The translations under genes and the position numbers were made by a program. From assembly GCA_949358305.1 (NCBI GenBank), contig OX442314.1, forward strand, positions 5,952,001-6,016,000: a DNA stretch of 64,000 bases. The letters run 5' to 3'. Below the pieces are notes generated by a model that was given only the letters and a program-made list of their open reading frames with translations, did no database searches and had not been told where the DNA came from. This DNA comes from Strigamia acuminata (Eukaryota). Of this stretch, positions 10,055-19,795 are shown one piece after another (positions within the stretch are counted from its first letter, which is position 1; every line of letters starts with the position of its first letter).

Positions 10055-12286
10055 ATGACTAATAACCAGCATCACATGAACACCCGTGGTAAGGAAAGAA
10101 CTTGTTTGACCGGTGGAATGAATCTATCCGGGTTTATACCTGTTCCTAATGGAATTGAAGAAGTGGGAAACCACGCGGTCCATAATGGCGTTTCAAATGA
10201 AACAGCCGGACCATCTGGAGAGAATAGAGCTCCACGTGAACCTACTCCGCCTGGAGAAGAGGAATGCATTCCTGAAGGTTCTCATTTAGGCCGAGGCGGT
10301 CTATTATTTTGTCAGGATCACGGTTTGAACCCAAACCAATTTAGATCTTTGACCGAAGTGTTAGATTTTATACACGCGCCTCGTGCTACGTCGGAGCAAT
10401 CCCATTCCCCAGCCAGCCAAAGATTAAATAATTTTAGTCCCACTCCTTCGACGCCTATTTCTAGATATAGAAATAAAAATGCACAACCTCCTCGTCAAGA
10501 TCAGTCGAATTTGACACCAGGAGATTTTAATCGTGCTTTTCAACAACGATTACGAGCGAATAACTTCGCTCGCAACCGACAAAGAGGATTTACAAATCCA
10601 GAAAACTTTGAGAATACGTTCAACAGAGCGAATTTGGGTCCGCCTAACATGGCCAACCCTAATCCAAGTTTTCCAAACGGATCAAATAGTTGTCCGAATC
10701 TCGCTGGAAATTTGAACCCAAATTCAGGTGTGACAAGAGGTCCAAACCGTCGTTTTGACCCAAACTCTAGATTTGCAAACAATTCTAGTCCAGCACCTAA
10801 CATGCAAAGGGGTCACCCAGTTCCTCCGAACTCGAATAACCCAAATAATCCTTCTACTGGAACTCCAGGAAATTCAAATAACTATTTGAATCAGGGTGCG
10901 CCAGATAATTCGAACTATCGTCCGAATTTTGGTAATCAAGAAAATTCGAACAACCGCCCGAATTTTGACAATCCGGGTAATTCTAATAATCATTCGAATT
11001 ATGGGAACCGAGGCAATTCGAATAACCATTCGAACTTTGGTAACCACAGCAGGTCAAATCAAGGAGGGTCGAATAATTTCAACCCTAATAGTGGTGGCTC
11101 AAGTCAAAATAACTCGAGTCAACCAAAAAATAATGGCGGGTCGTCAAACGACAACTCGCGCCCCCCTAGTAGTTTTGGAATGACGGCTGATGACCTCGCG
11201 TCAATTGCCACAACCATGCACAAATTAATGCAGGCTGGAAAAAGTTCCGCCACTGTCCCTCAAACTAACAGTTTGAAACCCCCAGATATCCCTGTATTCT
11301 CAGGAAAAGCAGAAGAAAGCGAACGCTTTCTCAATATTGTAAAAAATGTCGCTTTTCTGCGAAACATGTCACTCGATGACATGCTTGTTAAAGGCGTTGC
11401 TGGTTATCTAACCGAGCAAGCGCATGGTTGGTTTCATGAACGAAGAGAAGATTTTATATCTTGGGAAGTATTTGAACAGGCGTTCAAAGAACGATTTGTA
11501 GCCACTCGACAAGAGCGGACGAACCAACTAACTAAGTTGAAACAACTGGAAACAGAAAGTCTTTACGACTTTATGCACAAATATTACCAGTTATGGATAT
11601 TACAAGACAGTCTTGATGCAAAAGGGGCTGGTTGTCTTTTTATCGGGAGTGTAACTCCTGCTAATGATTTGCTTTTACATACGCAAGGCATAGCGGATTT
11701 ACCTCTGACAGAGATTTATTCCGTTATAACGAAAAATAAAGGCTTGTACAGTCGTACAGCTAATGGAGCAAGGGAAAATATCTCCAATCCAGTTGTTTTC
11801 CCACCTCGGAAAACTGACACTCGTCCTCAGCCGAAGACAAATGCTAAATCTTTAACTTTGGATTCACAAGAACAACTTAATATTTGTGAAGAAGAGTTAC
11901 CAGAGGAATGCGAGGCCGTCTATTTAATAAATGGAGTAGTAGATCAGACCAGACGTGGTCAATTAGTTTGTTACCACTGTAAGAAACCAGGACACATGCG
12001 TCGAGAATGTCCAGATTTAAAACCACGTGCAAAGTTCAACTCTGAAGAGTTGCCAAAACGAAGTACGCCAGATTCCCCGACTGTGGATCCTACTTCTAAA
12101 CGTCCTAATAACAGATGGATAACTCAAGAAGTGTTGGATGCAACACTGGATGCTAAACTTGATGCGAAATTAAATACTTTTGAAAATAAGTTACAAACTT
12201 CGCTGACTAACTCATTGGCAGAAATGGTCAAGACTTTGATCAAGCCCGAATCTGCTGATTCAAGTGCGACTAGTTCAAAAAACTAG
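10055..12286 (+). CDS. gag: Gag of B (743 aa)
   Basis: Asn/Gly/Pro-rich N-terminal half, retrotransposon capsid-like region (IPVFSG...AHGWF...WEVFEQAFKERF), CCHC knuckle CYHCKKPGHMRREC. Confidence 0.95.
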   Translation: MTNNQHHMNTRGKERTCLTGGMNLSGFIPVPNGIEEVGNHAVHNGVSNETAGPSGENRAPREPTPPGEEECIPEGSHLGRGGLLFCQDHGLNPNQFRSLTEVLDFIHAPRATSEQSHSPASQRLNNFSPTPSTPISRYRNKNAQPPRQDQSNLTPGDFNRAFQQRLRANNFARNRQRGFTNPENFENTFNRANLGPPNMANPNPSFPNGSNSCPNLAGNLNPNSGVTRGPNRRFDPNSRFANNSSPAPNMQRGHPVPPNSNNPNNPSTGTPGNSNNYLNQGAPDNSNYRPNFGNQENSNNRPNFDNPGNSNNHSNYGNRGNSNNHSNFGNHSRSNQGGSNNFNPNSGGSSQNNSSQPKNNGGSSNDNSRPPSSFGMTADDLASIATTMHKLMQAGKSSATVPQTNSLKPPDIPVFSGKAEESERFLNIVKNVAFLRNMSLDDMLVKGVAGYLTEQAHGWFHERREDFISWEVFEQAFKERFVATRQERTNQLTKLKQLETESLYDFMHKYYQLWILQDSLDAKGAGCLFIGSVTPANDLLLHTQGIADLPLTEIYSVITKNKGLYSRTANGARENISNPVVFPPRKTDTRPQPKTNAKSLTLDSQEQLNICEEELPEECEAVYLINGVVDQTRRGQLVCYHCKKPGHMRRECPDLKPRAKFNSEELPKRSTPDSPTVDPTSKRPNNRWITQEVLDATLDAKLDAKLNTFENKLQTSLTNSLAEMVKTLIKPESADSSATSSKN

Positions 12287-12317
12287 ATCCGGGGGACGAA
12301 GGTTTATTCCATCCCCC
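12277..12317 (+). promoter_or_regulatory. -1 ribosomal frameshift signal between gag and pol of B
   Basis: A AAA AAC immediately before the gag TAG, 7-nt spacer, GGGGGA...TCCCCC stem. The -1 frame is open into pol. Confidence 0.85.
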
Positions 12318-12321
12318 AGAA

Positions 12322-15300
12322 GTGGCTAATGCTACGTCGGAATCTTTGTTTATGGATGTAGACACAACTTGTCTTGAAGTAGCCACTAGTCATAGTGGCG
12401 GAGTAGAGGAAAATCTGCAAGAAATGACAGAACAATTAAAAAATCTGACATTGTTTCCACACAAGTGCTACACGAAGAAATTCTGTAGACTCCGCCGACT
12501 CAACAGAGTCATAGGTGGTAATAATTTGCACAATATTACTTTGGGTAATAATAAAGATGATCCTCGAATGAAGATCACAATTGGTGGGCTCACCTACAAC
12601 GCGCTCATGGATACAGGAGCATCTCAATGTTACATTGGGGAACAACTCTTGTCTGAAACTCAGGCTTTGCCAGAATTTTTGCAAGAAGCCCCTAGAAATA
12701 TGTTGGTTAACGCTGTAGGCGTAGCACACAAGCCTGTCGGACAAATAACTTTGTGCGTGCAATGGGCTGATGAATTTACACCAATGAATTTCATCGTTTT
12801 AGCAAAACGAGTTTGTGGCTTGATACTTGGTCACAATTTCATGCGCAGACAGAAAATTAGTCCGCATCCACATTTACAAGAGTTCTCTTGTGCAGATAAA
12901 CCTAATTGGTCCGCCCCTTATGAGTCGGAAGAAGCCAATTTGGCCCTCGCCCCGTTAAATCGAATTACTTTCGATTATTTAGGACTGTCGTCCATTCTCA
13001 ACTCAATTGAGTTAACAGACACTCCTGTGTTGACTTGGGATGAAAAATTAGTTGAGGAGAGCGACTGCACTCCGGAGCAAAGATTAGCACTTCGCGAAGT
13101 GGTTAAATCGATACCGAATGTATTTCGTGATCAAGTTGGGTGCACTAACGTGACCCAGCATCGTATTAAGTTCAAAGAAGGGCATTCATTGCCCAAAATG
13201 CAGTATAGAATGTATAACCCGGCCAAGAGAGCCATTATGACCAAACTAGCTGCAGAATTGGAACAGGATGGACTCATTGAAAAGGCCAAGGGGCCCTTCA
13301 TAAGTCATCCCGTCATTGTTGCGAAGCCTGACGGCTCGTATAGGATGTGCATTGACTACCGGTGGCTAAATGCCATCACCGAAGTCGAAGTAATACAAAT
13401 GCCAAGTATTGACCTTTTATTGCATAATACTGGTCCTGCTAGGTATTTTACGTCAATTGACCTTGTCAAAGGTTACTACCAAGTCGAGATGTGTAAAGAA
13501 GATCGACCAAAGACGGCATTTTACACGCCAAATGGTCCATATCAGTTTGTGCGAATGCCGTTTGGCCTTTGCAATGCGCCTTGTACTTTCCAGCGTCTGA
13601 TGGAAGGCATTTTAGGCTCAGCTTTGCAAGACTACGCGTTAGTTTATTTGGATGACGTAATTGTGTATTCAGATAATTGGGATGATCATCTCAAACACGT
13701 TCGAGATGTTCTAGAAAGGCTTAACCAAGCCAACATGACAATAAATAAAGCGAAATCTCGTTTTGGGCGTACAGAATTAAAATTCTTGGGCCACTGGATT
13801 AAACCCGAAGGTCTCTTCGGTGATCCCGATAAAATATCGGCGATTATGAAATTTCCCACCCCCACGTGTGCTAAAGACATTCAGCGCTTTCACGGCATGA
13901 CTAACTTCTTCAGGAAGTTTGTTCCAAATCACGGAACTATTGCCGCACCATACACACGTATGATGAATGAGAAAACTCCATTTGAATGGGGAGATGAGCA
14001 GACAGAAGCTTTTAATAAAATTAAAGAGCTACTTTGTGGTGACAATTGTCTACACAAACCAGATATGACTTTACCATTTGTTGTCATGACTGACGCTTCA
14101 CATGAAGGCTTAGGAGCTGTCCTTTGCCAAGACGTCGATATATTCGATGAAAAGAAGCAGAAAAACATTTCTGTACCCAAACCTGTAGCTTATGCAAGCA
14201 GAGTTTTACGTGGAGCGGAGAAGCGTTATACAACGCCGGAACTCGAATGTCTCGCAGTTGTGTGGGCTATTGATCGATTTAAACCATATCTCGAATATGG
14301 TACATTCACTTTAGAGTCAGATGCAGAAGCACTGAAATGGTTGATGCGAACGCCTGAACCATCTGGGAAATTTGGCCGATGGGCCTTAAGAATCCAATGT
14401 GGAAATTTTAAAATTGTTTTTCGAAAAGGTGCTGCTAACCAAGTTGCAGATGCACTTTCTAGAGCCCCACTAACAGAGGAAGACATTCCTCTTCGAGATC
14501 ATGTGGAACCTGTCGAAATTAAACAATACTGGCCTGAGTGGGACGGAAATCCTTCTGTTTCATTAAATCGTGCCCCAGAAAAACGAGAATATTTGGCTAG
14601 TGTGCGTTCCTATTTTTCTGAAAATTCTAAAGAATGTTCTGAAGAAAAGGAGGGGGAGGAAGTACAAGAAACCTTGTACAGTGCGTTGACTGAAGTACTT
14701 AAAGAAGTCCCTCCTACAAGGAGAGAAATAATAAATGCTCAATTACTAGATAATGAATGCAAACGCATTCGAGAATATTTATTGAATAACAAGGTTGTTG
14801 GGATACCACAATCTGAAATAAAAGAATGGAAAAACAAAGTCAAAAATTATTGTTTAGACAAAAAAGAAGTTGATGGTGATCAAATGATCATCTATTTTAA
14901 CCCTTCATTCGAAGAGGAATTAAACGATTCGGGAAATGGCTTTAAAGCCGTTGTACCCAGTGCACTTGTAAAGCGAGTACTCTTCGCTTGTCATGGCCAC
15001 CCCCTAAGCGGTCACGCTGGGATGAGTAAGACGCTTGAGAAAACGCGTTTAATATATTTCTGGCCTGGTATGAGTAGAAGTGTCAGGAACTACGTCAAAA
15101 GCTGCACGCACTGTGCTCAGTACAAGCCTATTCAACAGAAAAGGCACGCAGCTCCTTACACGCCACACAACATGACCAATCCTTGGGAATGTATTAATAT
15201 GGACTTGATGGGCCCAAAACCCGCGGGAAGGTCCCAAAACCAGTATATTTTTGTCATTATTGACAATTGTACCAAGTTCGTTGAAATTAAGGCTTTGACA

Positions 15301-16482
15301 AAAGCCACGAGCGCTAACTGCGTTCAAGAATTAAGATCTGTTACAAACAGATGGGGACACCCCAAAAAGATTGTGAGCGATAACGGAAAACAATTTGTTT
15401 CCGATATTTACAATGAGTATTGCGAAATGTACAACATTCGCCCGTCTCATACGAGCACGTATCATGCTCAGGCGAACCCGACAGAGCGAGCCAATAGAGA
15501 TATAAAGACGATGCTGGCCCTGTACACAGATGTGCACACGCAATGGCCGCGTTATTTAGACGAATTTGCATTCGCAATGCGAAATAATGTTTCGGCAGCA
15601 ACGGGCTCAAGCCCGATGTTACTGAACACCGGACGAATCGTAACATTACCTTTCGACCCAAGGATTATTAAACATGCCAATCCATTTGACAAAGAAAATC
15701 CAGAAAAATATGTCAGAGTATTATTAGATATATTACGCAGATCGCATCAAGAGATGCATCGCAGAATTCAATTGAATTTTGAACGACATAGAAAAATACA
15801 CGAACAAAAGTTCGTAATTACGGAGTTCGAAGTTGGAGATTTAGTTTGGAAACAAACTCACATTCTCTCGTGCGCAGATAAAAATATCTCCGCTGGATTT
15901 GCCGAGAAGAGAGATGGTCCGTGGGAAATTACTAAAGTACTTCCTGGCGGAGCGTATAAATTACGCAAATTAGCTGATGGTTCAATTGAAAAATCAGTGA
16001 ATATTAAAGCGTTGTACCCCTATACTCCGTCGTACCCGATTGAGACTTGGAAAGTAGGACAAAAGTCCGCCTCCTACTCGCCTCAAGAAAATCCTAAATG
16101 GATGGACGAAAGTAATCAACTTCCGGATGCTGAAGAAATGGAATTAATTCCTGAAACTTCTTCAGAAATTCCAATGGAATTATCCGACTCAACTTCGGTG
16201 CAAATTGACAAATCTGCGCCCATTAAGTCTAAACATAGACATAGACAACGATTAACTGCTATGGAAAGGAAAGCGGCGTTAAAAAGAGGCGAAGTTCCAA
16301 AGAAACCGCCTCGAAAACCCCGCAAACCCCAACCGATAGTTCCACGAACTAGCACTCGTCCACGACGAGAACGAAAACCAAATCCTAAATATGCAGATGA
16401 AAATTTCGTGCGAAACATCACTGTAGTATTTAAAAAACCATACCAACAACGAGGAAAAGCCTCAAAGTTCTGTTGGAATTGA
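12322..16482 (+). CDS. pol: Pol of B: protease, RT, RNase H, integrase (entered by frameshift from ~12283)
   Basis: LMDTGA, YLDD, TDAS/ELECLAV, HGHPLSGH...CTHC, MDL/SDNG/ERAN, DGPW. Domain order PR-RT-RH-IN is Ty3/Gypsy. Confidence 0.98.
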   Translation: MANATSESLFMDVDTTCLEVATSHSGGVEENLQEMTEQLKNLTLFPHKCYTKKFCRLRRLNRVIGGNNLHNITLGNNKDDPRMKITIGGLTYNALMDTGASQCYIGEQLLSETQALPEFLQEAPRNMLVNAVGVAHKPVGQITLCVQWADEFTPMNFIVLAKRVCGLILGHNFMRRQKISPHPHLQEFSCADKPNWSAPYESEEANLALAPLNRITFDYLGLSSILNSIELTDTPVLTWDEKLVEESDCTPEQRLALREVVKSIPNVFRDQVGCTNVTQHRIKFKEGHSLPKMQYRMYNPAKRAIMTKLAAELEQDGLIEKAKGPFISHPVIVAKPDGSYRMCIDYRWLNAITEVEVIQMPSIDLLLHNTGPARYFTSIDLVKGYYQVEMCKEDRPKTAFYTPNGPYQFVRMPFGLCNAPCTFQRLMEGILGSALQDYALVYLDDVIVYSDNWDDHLKHVRDVLERLNQANMTINKAKSRFGRTELKFLGHWIKPEGLFGDPDKISAIMKFPTPTCAKDIQRFHGMTNFFRKFVPNHGTIAAPYTRMMNEKTPFEWGDEQTEAFNKIKELLCGDNCLHKPDMTLPFVVMTDASHEGLGAVLCQDVDIFDEKKQKNISVPKPVAYASRVLRGAEKRYTTPELECLAVVWAIDRFKPYLEYGTFTLESDAEALKWLMRTPEPSGKFGRWALRIQCGNFKIVFRKGAANQVADALSRAPLTEEDIPLRDHVEPVEIKQYWPEWDGNPSVSLNRAPEKREYLASVRSYFSENSKECSEEKEGEEVQETLYSALTEVLKEVPPTRREIINAQLLDNECKRIREYLLNNKVVGIPQSEIKEWKNKVKNYCLDKKEVDGDQMIIYFNPSFEEELNDSGNGFKAVVPSALVKRVLFACHGHPLSGHAGMSKTLEKTRLIYFWPGMSRSVRNYVKSCTHCAQYKPIQQKRHAAPYTPHNMTNPWECINMDLMGPKPAGRSQNQYIFVIIDNCTKFVEIKALTKATSANCVQELRSVTNRWGHPKKIVSDNGKQFVSDIYNEYCEMYNIRPSHTSTYHAQANPTERANRDIKTMLALYTDVHTQWPRYLDEFAFAMRNNVSAATGSSPMLLNTGRIVTLPFDPRIIKHANPFDKENPEKYVRVLLDILRRSHQEMHRRIQLNFERHRKIHEQKFVITEFEVGDLVWKQTHILSCADKNISAGFAEKRDGPWEITKVLPGGAYKLRKLADGSIEKSVNIKALYPYTPSYPIETWKVGQKSASYSPQENPKWMDESNQLPDAEEMELIPETSSEIPMELSDSTSVQIDKSAPIKSKHRHRQRLTAMERKAALKRGEVPKKPPRKPRKPQPIVPRTSTRPRRERKPNPKYADENFVRNITVVFKKPYQQRGKASKFCWN

Positions 16483-17532
16483 TAAGTTTTATTCAAAACT
16501 TGAAGACTGTAATTATTTACATGTCAGACAGGTGTAGTGATTTATAATCTCAACACCGGGGGACAAGATATTACGATATTTATCGAAATTTGTATTAAAA
16601 TATGAATTTGTTGCGATAAGTCAAAATATTCGATAGAATATTTTATTATGTGGTCAGATTTATATGTATTTTAATTAAAATACAGAGAATTACTTTGAAA
16701 AGTGATAATCTCGCGTAATTACGAAGGTACGAGACTTACGAGGTGTGATTAAACCTCGAACCCGACAATTAATAGGGAATAAAATTCCCAGGGTTCATTG
16801 CACACAAACACTTCGTAAAAAACACGGATACTAGTGACTTCGTCCCTTCGACCCGTCTTCATTTTTCGACTCGAGATTTCCACGCTAATTCAATTAGCGA
16901 CTTCAGCAAGGAAAACAAGCTTCAACAGTAAGTAGTTTTCAAATATATTCTTTGACCAAAGAATTGAAAAAATTGTTTGCAACAATTGAAAATATCGGCG
17001 TCCCGATAAAAGTTAAAAAATTCACGTGTATTATAAGCGTGAATCGGCATTAAATCACTCTGGAAGTTTAGCTATTCAGTCGAATAGTTGGGTTAAATTT
17101 AATAATTATTTATTAAGTTTAAGTACGTGGGCACTAATTATTTAAATCAAGTCGCGGTCGAGGCTTGCATAAATTATTTAGCGGTGAATTTTCGATTTGA
17201 GATATTCATTAGACTAAGTGTTAATTAATTAATACGAAAAGTTATCTTTGATACTCGGAAGTTGGATTAAATAGTTTAAAGAAACTAAGGGGATTTTTCT
17301 TTTGAAAATTCAACAAGTTGCGATTTTCGATGAAAAATCGCTGTCAGGCGAGTCCATTCTCGTGTCATAAACACAAGGGGAATGTGACTCATTAGTGTCA
17401 CGTGTTAGGGGTTATAAATAACTCGAGCTGTGTATTTTTCGTTGCGAACAATACGTTTTAATTCTTTGGACTCAAGGAATGATTATTTAGAGTGGAATTA
17501 TTTTTAATAAAATAATTTATTTGCGTCTGCAG

Positions 17533-19053
17533 ATGGGAGGTGGTAAACACCGCTCAAAACGGAGTCATCGACGACACCGTCATGAAAGCTCGTCCAGCTC
17601 GTCCACCTCGTCTAGTGACGAGCAACGCCGTTCAGCGGAACGTGCTTACATGAGGGCCCAACCGATACCGACGGCGCCCGCCTCGATGTACGCCCTGACG
17701 CCGCTGCAACTCGCGACGCTAAATTGGCTCAGTGTCCATCCAGACGGATTTCCGCTCGATTTGAATGCGATGATGCAGGCCCCGTCCACTTCTGCTCAGC
17801 CAACCGTTTATGAGTCGGCGCAAATGGCCCCGTTGGCCCAGGTGGCGTATCCGCCCGCGAACGTTATCAACGTCCCGTTGGCCCCGCATTCGCCAGAATT
17901 TCGGCCGCCAACTGCAAGCGTGGCGCCCACCGTCGCCAACACGTCGAATGCGACTGCACCGACTGTGACGGGACAATCAGTGTCGGTTACGCATCTTCCT
18001 GCTGGTGCTGAGTCTTCTGCATCAGAATATGGATGGAACGAGCCGCCACCGGGCGCTCTGCGTTATTCGGAGCCTGTTTCTCGCAACCGCGAGTACAGAG
18101 CGGCCAATAAAGCGAAAAAGAAGGATGAGAAGGCCCGCCTGCGCAAGGAGCAGTGCGAACGAGACATGGCAGCCGGAATACCTCACGATAACATCGTGAC
18201 GGACCAAGCCACGGAGACGATATGCCCATTTTGCGTCGGCTGTGGGTGGTGCTGCGGTGCATCCGCAGGTTCTTCGCTTATGCGTTGTCCAAACTGCCGT
18301 GGAAGGAAAACGCGCCCGCGTTCGGAGCCGTGGCGCAAGGAGGTTCAGCCCCACGTGGTGAAAGGCATTAAGCCTAACGAGAAGCGATGTTGGGCTCACT
18401 GCCCCAAGTGCCGATTGTTTTTGAACAGCCGTGGCGAAGCGGTTTACATCGACCCGCGCTTCCTCACCTGGGCCCGCGCTGAAGCCAACGCCGGCGTAAG
18501 AGTCGAACTCCTTCGACAATCACCGCCGCCGTCCGAGGACTCCGAAGTTTCGACTGAAACTGTCCAAGCCGTCGAGAGCGCCGGAAGCGAGGTCATGGAA
18601 GAATTCGTTCGACCCAGAACGATGTCGCGTGGACGAGGCTGTCTGACGCTCGACCGAGCAAGAGAAATCGCCAAGGTTCAACGAACCAATATCTTGGCAC
18701 GAGGGCGAGCTCGTAAGCTTCAACAGGCCGTAGAAGCACCGTCTAAACCCGTGGAGGATCCTCCAGCGGTCATAACTGACGTGTCGAGCGCTCCTATCGC
18801 GTCTAAGTCCGAGACTTCGGACGACGCTCAGTTTGAAGACGCCGAAGAGCTGCTTTCCGTCGTCGATTTCGTGGCAGAGTTGCTCGAGGATCTGCCGTTC
18901 CCACCTCCGAGCCCAGAGGAGATTGAAGCGCCGGAGGAAGCCGTGTTTTCCGCCGTCTCGACAGAGGCGACTGAAGAGTCGGATTTCCTGACTTCTGCCG
19001 AAGTCGAGAAACCAGAAGTGAAGGAACCGACTGAAGTCGAAAAGAAGGATTAA
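17533..19053 (+). CDS. ORF3 of B: ~506-aa protein of unknown function with basic N-terminus, Cys-rich putative zinc-binding core and acidic C-terminus; not Env-like
   Basis: Long GC-rich ORF in the env position. ATG directly follows an acceptor-like CTGCAG. Conserved in C with many synonymous changes. No signal peptide or TM segment seen. Confidence 0.85.
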   Translation: MGGGKHRSKRSHRRHRHESSSSSSTSSSDEQRRSAERAYMRAQPIPTAPASMYALTPLQLATLNWLSVHPDGFPLDLNAMMQAPSTSAQPTVYESAQMAPLAQVAYPPANVINVPLAPHSPEFRPPTASVAPTVANTSNATAPTVTGQSVSVTHLPAGAESSASEYGWNEPPPGALRYSEPVSRNREYRAANKAKKKDEKARLRKEQCERDMAAGIPHDNIVTDQATETICPFCVGCGWCCGASAGSSLMRCPNCRGRKTRPRSEPWRKEVQPHVVKGIKPNEKRCWAHCPKCRLFLNSRGEAVYIDPRFLTWARAEANAGVRVELLRQSPPPSEDSEVSTETVQAVESAGSEVMEEFVRPRTMSRGRGCLTLDRAREIAKVQRTNILARGRARKLQQAVEAPSKPVEDPPAVITDVSSAPIASKSETSDDAQFEDAEELLSVVDFVAELLEDLPFPPPSPEEIEAPEEAVFSAVSTEATEESDFLTSAEVEKPEVKEPTEVEKKD

Positions 19054-19785
19054 AAGGGACAAATTAACATTCGTTATTTTTCCGAGTGGATATTTTTGAC
19101 TAAAATAATCCAAGTGTTTTGTTGTGTTTTTTGCAATTACGAAATATTCTCATGAGTGTTGTGTTTGTTTGGTTTCAAGATTTTGAACTAATCATTAAAT
19201 ACTCGAACGAGTATAGTTTAATTTTAAAATTGGATTCAATTTAATTTGTTTTGTTTTTCGAATTCAATTTGGATGTTTATTTGAATTAATCATATTAATA
19301 TCTGTGTGATTGTTTAGTTTATTTTTCATAATTATTTGTGAAAATTGTGTTTGTTTTTGCTTTGATCAAAGCGTTGAAAAATTTCAAGTTGAAATTCGTT
19401 AATTTTTTATGACAATCGTAATAAAAAATTAGTAGTTTAGATTTTCAATAAATAAAGTTTGCATAAATTTATTTTTATTGATTATCTTGTTGATTAATAA
19501 GCTATGAATAAGTTTATTTGACGAAGAAATAAAATTTCTATCGAAATTTGTATTTTCTCGAACATGTATCCATGTTCGGACGAGTCCATTTCCGTCGCTT
19601 AGCAACCGGGAGTTGCGCCGTGCAGAGAAGCCGATTAGTCTAATCGGGTGACGAAGTTTCTGAAAGAAATAACATGATTAAGTTAATAAAAAATACTTAC
19701 CAAGTGGATTAATTCGATAGAATTAGGTGAACATTCTTATCCATTAAGAATGACAATCGAGAGTTAGTAAACTCTATGTTTGTCA

Positions 19786-19795
19786 CCGGGGGATG
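19786..19795 (+). promoter_or_regulatory. Polypurine tract of B
   Basis: CCGGGGGATG abutting the 3' LTR. Confidence 0.8.

Noticed and set aside
16116..16482. Chromodomain at the integrase C-terminus as an explanation for nesting
   Set aside because: The tail is acidic then basic, with an RxxRxRKPNxKY-type motif shared with D, and shows no chromodomain pattern.
12436..16496. Antisense ORFs over gag, pol and ORF3
   Set aside because: They are shadow frames of real ORFs with no motifs, and several differ in length between B and C.
17521..19053. ORF3 as a retroviral or errantiviral env
   Set aside because: No signal peptide, fusion peptide or TM anchor is visible, and the composition is hydrophilic.
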